64,000 bases of DNA, taken from Raillietiella orientalis (lineage: Eukaryota). Of the stretch, positions 62,230-64,000 are shown one piece after another. The translations under genes and the position numbers were made by a program. How positions within the stretch are numbered: position 1 is the first letter of the stretch; the number at the start of each line of letters is the position of its first letter. The notes under the pieces were generated by a model. The model was not told where the DNA came from. It saw only the letters and a list, made by a program, of their open reading frames with translations, and made no database searches. The DNA is taken from positions 3,224,001 to 3,288,000 of the forward strand of contig JAYWIR010000009.1 of NCBI GenBank assembly GCA_036172245.1, in the 5' to 3' direction.

Positions 62230-62700
62230 GCACGGAACATTTCAGGAAGGTGCTGGGCGGCGGTGGTGCCGGCGTGTGTCCCGGTCACTCGCCCACCCAG
62301 CGGAGGCTGCACCTGGAAGTGACGAGGCCGCGTCCGATTCCGTGAAAGTCGAGCTCCCGTGTCCTTGGCAACCGGATCGTTTCGGACCGCTGTCCGGCTG
62401 CCGACCTTCGGCTGCTCTTCGCACCGCAGCGGTCATCGCGGCGCTGAAGCGGAGGCAGAGCGTCTGGGGTGACGGGGGAGGAAGGGACGACGAGCCGAGG
62501 CGCGCTGGCGCTGCGGCGGGAGCTGACAGACAGGCCGTTGCCAATGCGCGCGCACTCCCTCGTCCGCGTTCGCGGGCCGTCTCTCCGCGCGGCGGACGGG
62601 CGGCCCTCGACCACGCGACCTGCGGAGAGCGCCGAGCGAGCTCTTCGAGCGTATAGCGGTCGCGTCTCCACGGACGATCTCTCTCCGCAGCCCTCGCGAG
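62230..62700 (+). mobile_element. Decayed LINE RT domain 0-2 fragment
   Basis: 'AAPGSDE' (cf. KAPGPDG), 'RTAAVIAALK' (cf. R.AVITLLPK) and 'RAYSGRVSTDDL' (cf. GF..GR.I.DNL). Confidence 0.35.
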
Positions 62701-64000
62701 CGGTCCCCTCGCAAGAAAAACGAAAGGCGAGAGCCTCTCCGCCGCCGCCGCCGCCGCCGTGACTCACCCCGTGCTCCGACCGCATGACTCATCTTCCTGT
62801 GGCAACCGAGCACAAACAGGTACGCCCGGGAGAGCTGGGCTCTGCCGCGCGGCAGCGGCCAGCCAGCCCACCGGGCTGATCTCTCTCCCGAGGCGCTCCT
62901 CCGTCACCCGCCCGTCCTCACCGCCGCGGGCGATTTATTTATCCATCGATGCACTCGATCGGAATCGACCTGCACGAGCCCGGAGCCTCCCGTCCTCCTC
63001 TCCTTGCGCGGCGGGGATGGGGCGCGAGGCTGCCCCTTCTCAGCAGACGCTTGTTGCTTAGTAACCGACCGGCAAGCAGTCGGCCGTGAGCACGTGGAGG
63101 CCGGAGAGAAAGAACGGGGGAAAAAAACCCGCGTTTCAGCTGCAGCGGCAGGTAATGGAGATCGCCATAATAAAAAGGAAAAAAAAGAAAAAAAGAGGGA
63201 GAGGACGCCAGGAGGAGAGAAGGAGGCGCAGAGCGAGTCTGCTCCTTTGTTTATCTGGTTTGCCTCTCCGCGATGGCAAACAAGTCCCGGCCTGCCTTTC
63301 AGGCGAGCAAGGGTCAAGACACGGAGAACCCCAGCACTCTGCAGGCGATCGAAGCGCGTAGACGCCGCTCCGGGAACGAAAGCACAAAAAAAGACAAAAA
63401 AAAATGGAAAGGATAAAAAATGAAATGAAAAATAAAAACAGAATGGGAATGTCCTTCGTGCCAGCGGGTCGGAGAAGGGCTGTTCCCTCCTCTTTGCCAA
63501 AGTTACCTTCCTCGCGGGAAAAGGGACGCGGGTGCTGACCATCTATCCCTCCCTCTCTGAGACACGTCGCGGACTTCTGACCCTTGCCGGAGCCTCTCTC
63601 GCGTGGAGCACCTGCGGAGGAGGAGATCCTTCCGAGGAGGCTGAATCTGGCGATGCTCCTCGCGTGCCATAGATCGGCCGTAGTGCCCCTGCAGCCGCAG
63701 CCGCCTTCTGCCCACTAAGCAGGCTGTTAGCCTTAAGCTGGCCACCAGCACTGCCGTTACGTTCCCCACTGCCGTTTTTCCCTCTTCCCGAAGGGTCACC
63801 GACTGTCAGGACACTTCCGGGGCGGCAATGCGACACTGAACAGACACTTCCCTGTCTCCAAGACTGAGGTCGGAAAGAGGAGCACCCGAACATTGTAGAG
63901 CGGATGCTGACGAAGGAGAGACCAACAGCCAGGATGGAGAAAGCATTGCCGTGGGCACTCTCCGTGACCTCCCAGCACGGAAGAACATGCCAGAAGGAAC

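Noticed and set aside
1..64000. CRISPR array, rRNA/tRNA genes or a prokaryotic operon
   Set aside because: No regularly spaced repeats, no recognisable structural RNA and no dense coding. Microsatellites and LINEs indicate a eukaryote.

Overview
GC-rich, CpG-rich eukaryotic (probably invertebrate) non-genic DNA. I find no intact protein-coding gene, RNA gene or CRISPR array. Most of the window is a mosaic of short (about 0.3-1.8 kb), heavily decayed non-LTR retrotransposon fragments in alternating orientation, often separated by 100-350 bp polypurine/polypyrimidine tracts. The fragments are mainly L1/Tx1-like (ORF1, APE endonuclease, linker, RT, thumb, C-terminal CCHC), plus one clear Utopia/NeSL-like restriction-endonuclease element at about 6.0-7.07 kb. 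Three more AT-rich blocks look like decayed long coding exons of unknown origin. The outstanding structure is a 1,516-bp inverted duplication (55385-56900 / 60434-61949; one substitution seen, no indels). It carries a nested inverted repeat in each arm and another in its spacer. Further fold-back structures lie at 30.66 kb and 34.7-35.4 kb. The best candidate 'system' is a fold-back transposon-fragment locus (hairpin/endo-siRNA or piRNA-cluster-like), but this is inference and an assembly artefact must be excluded. Motif calls were made by eye, so fragment boundaries are approximate.
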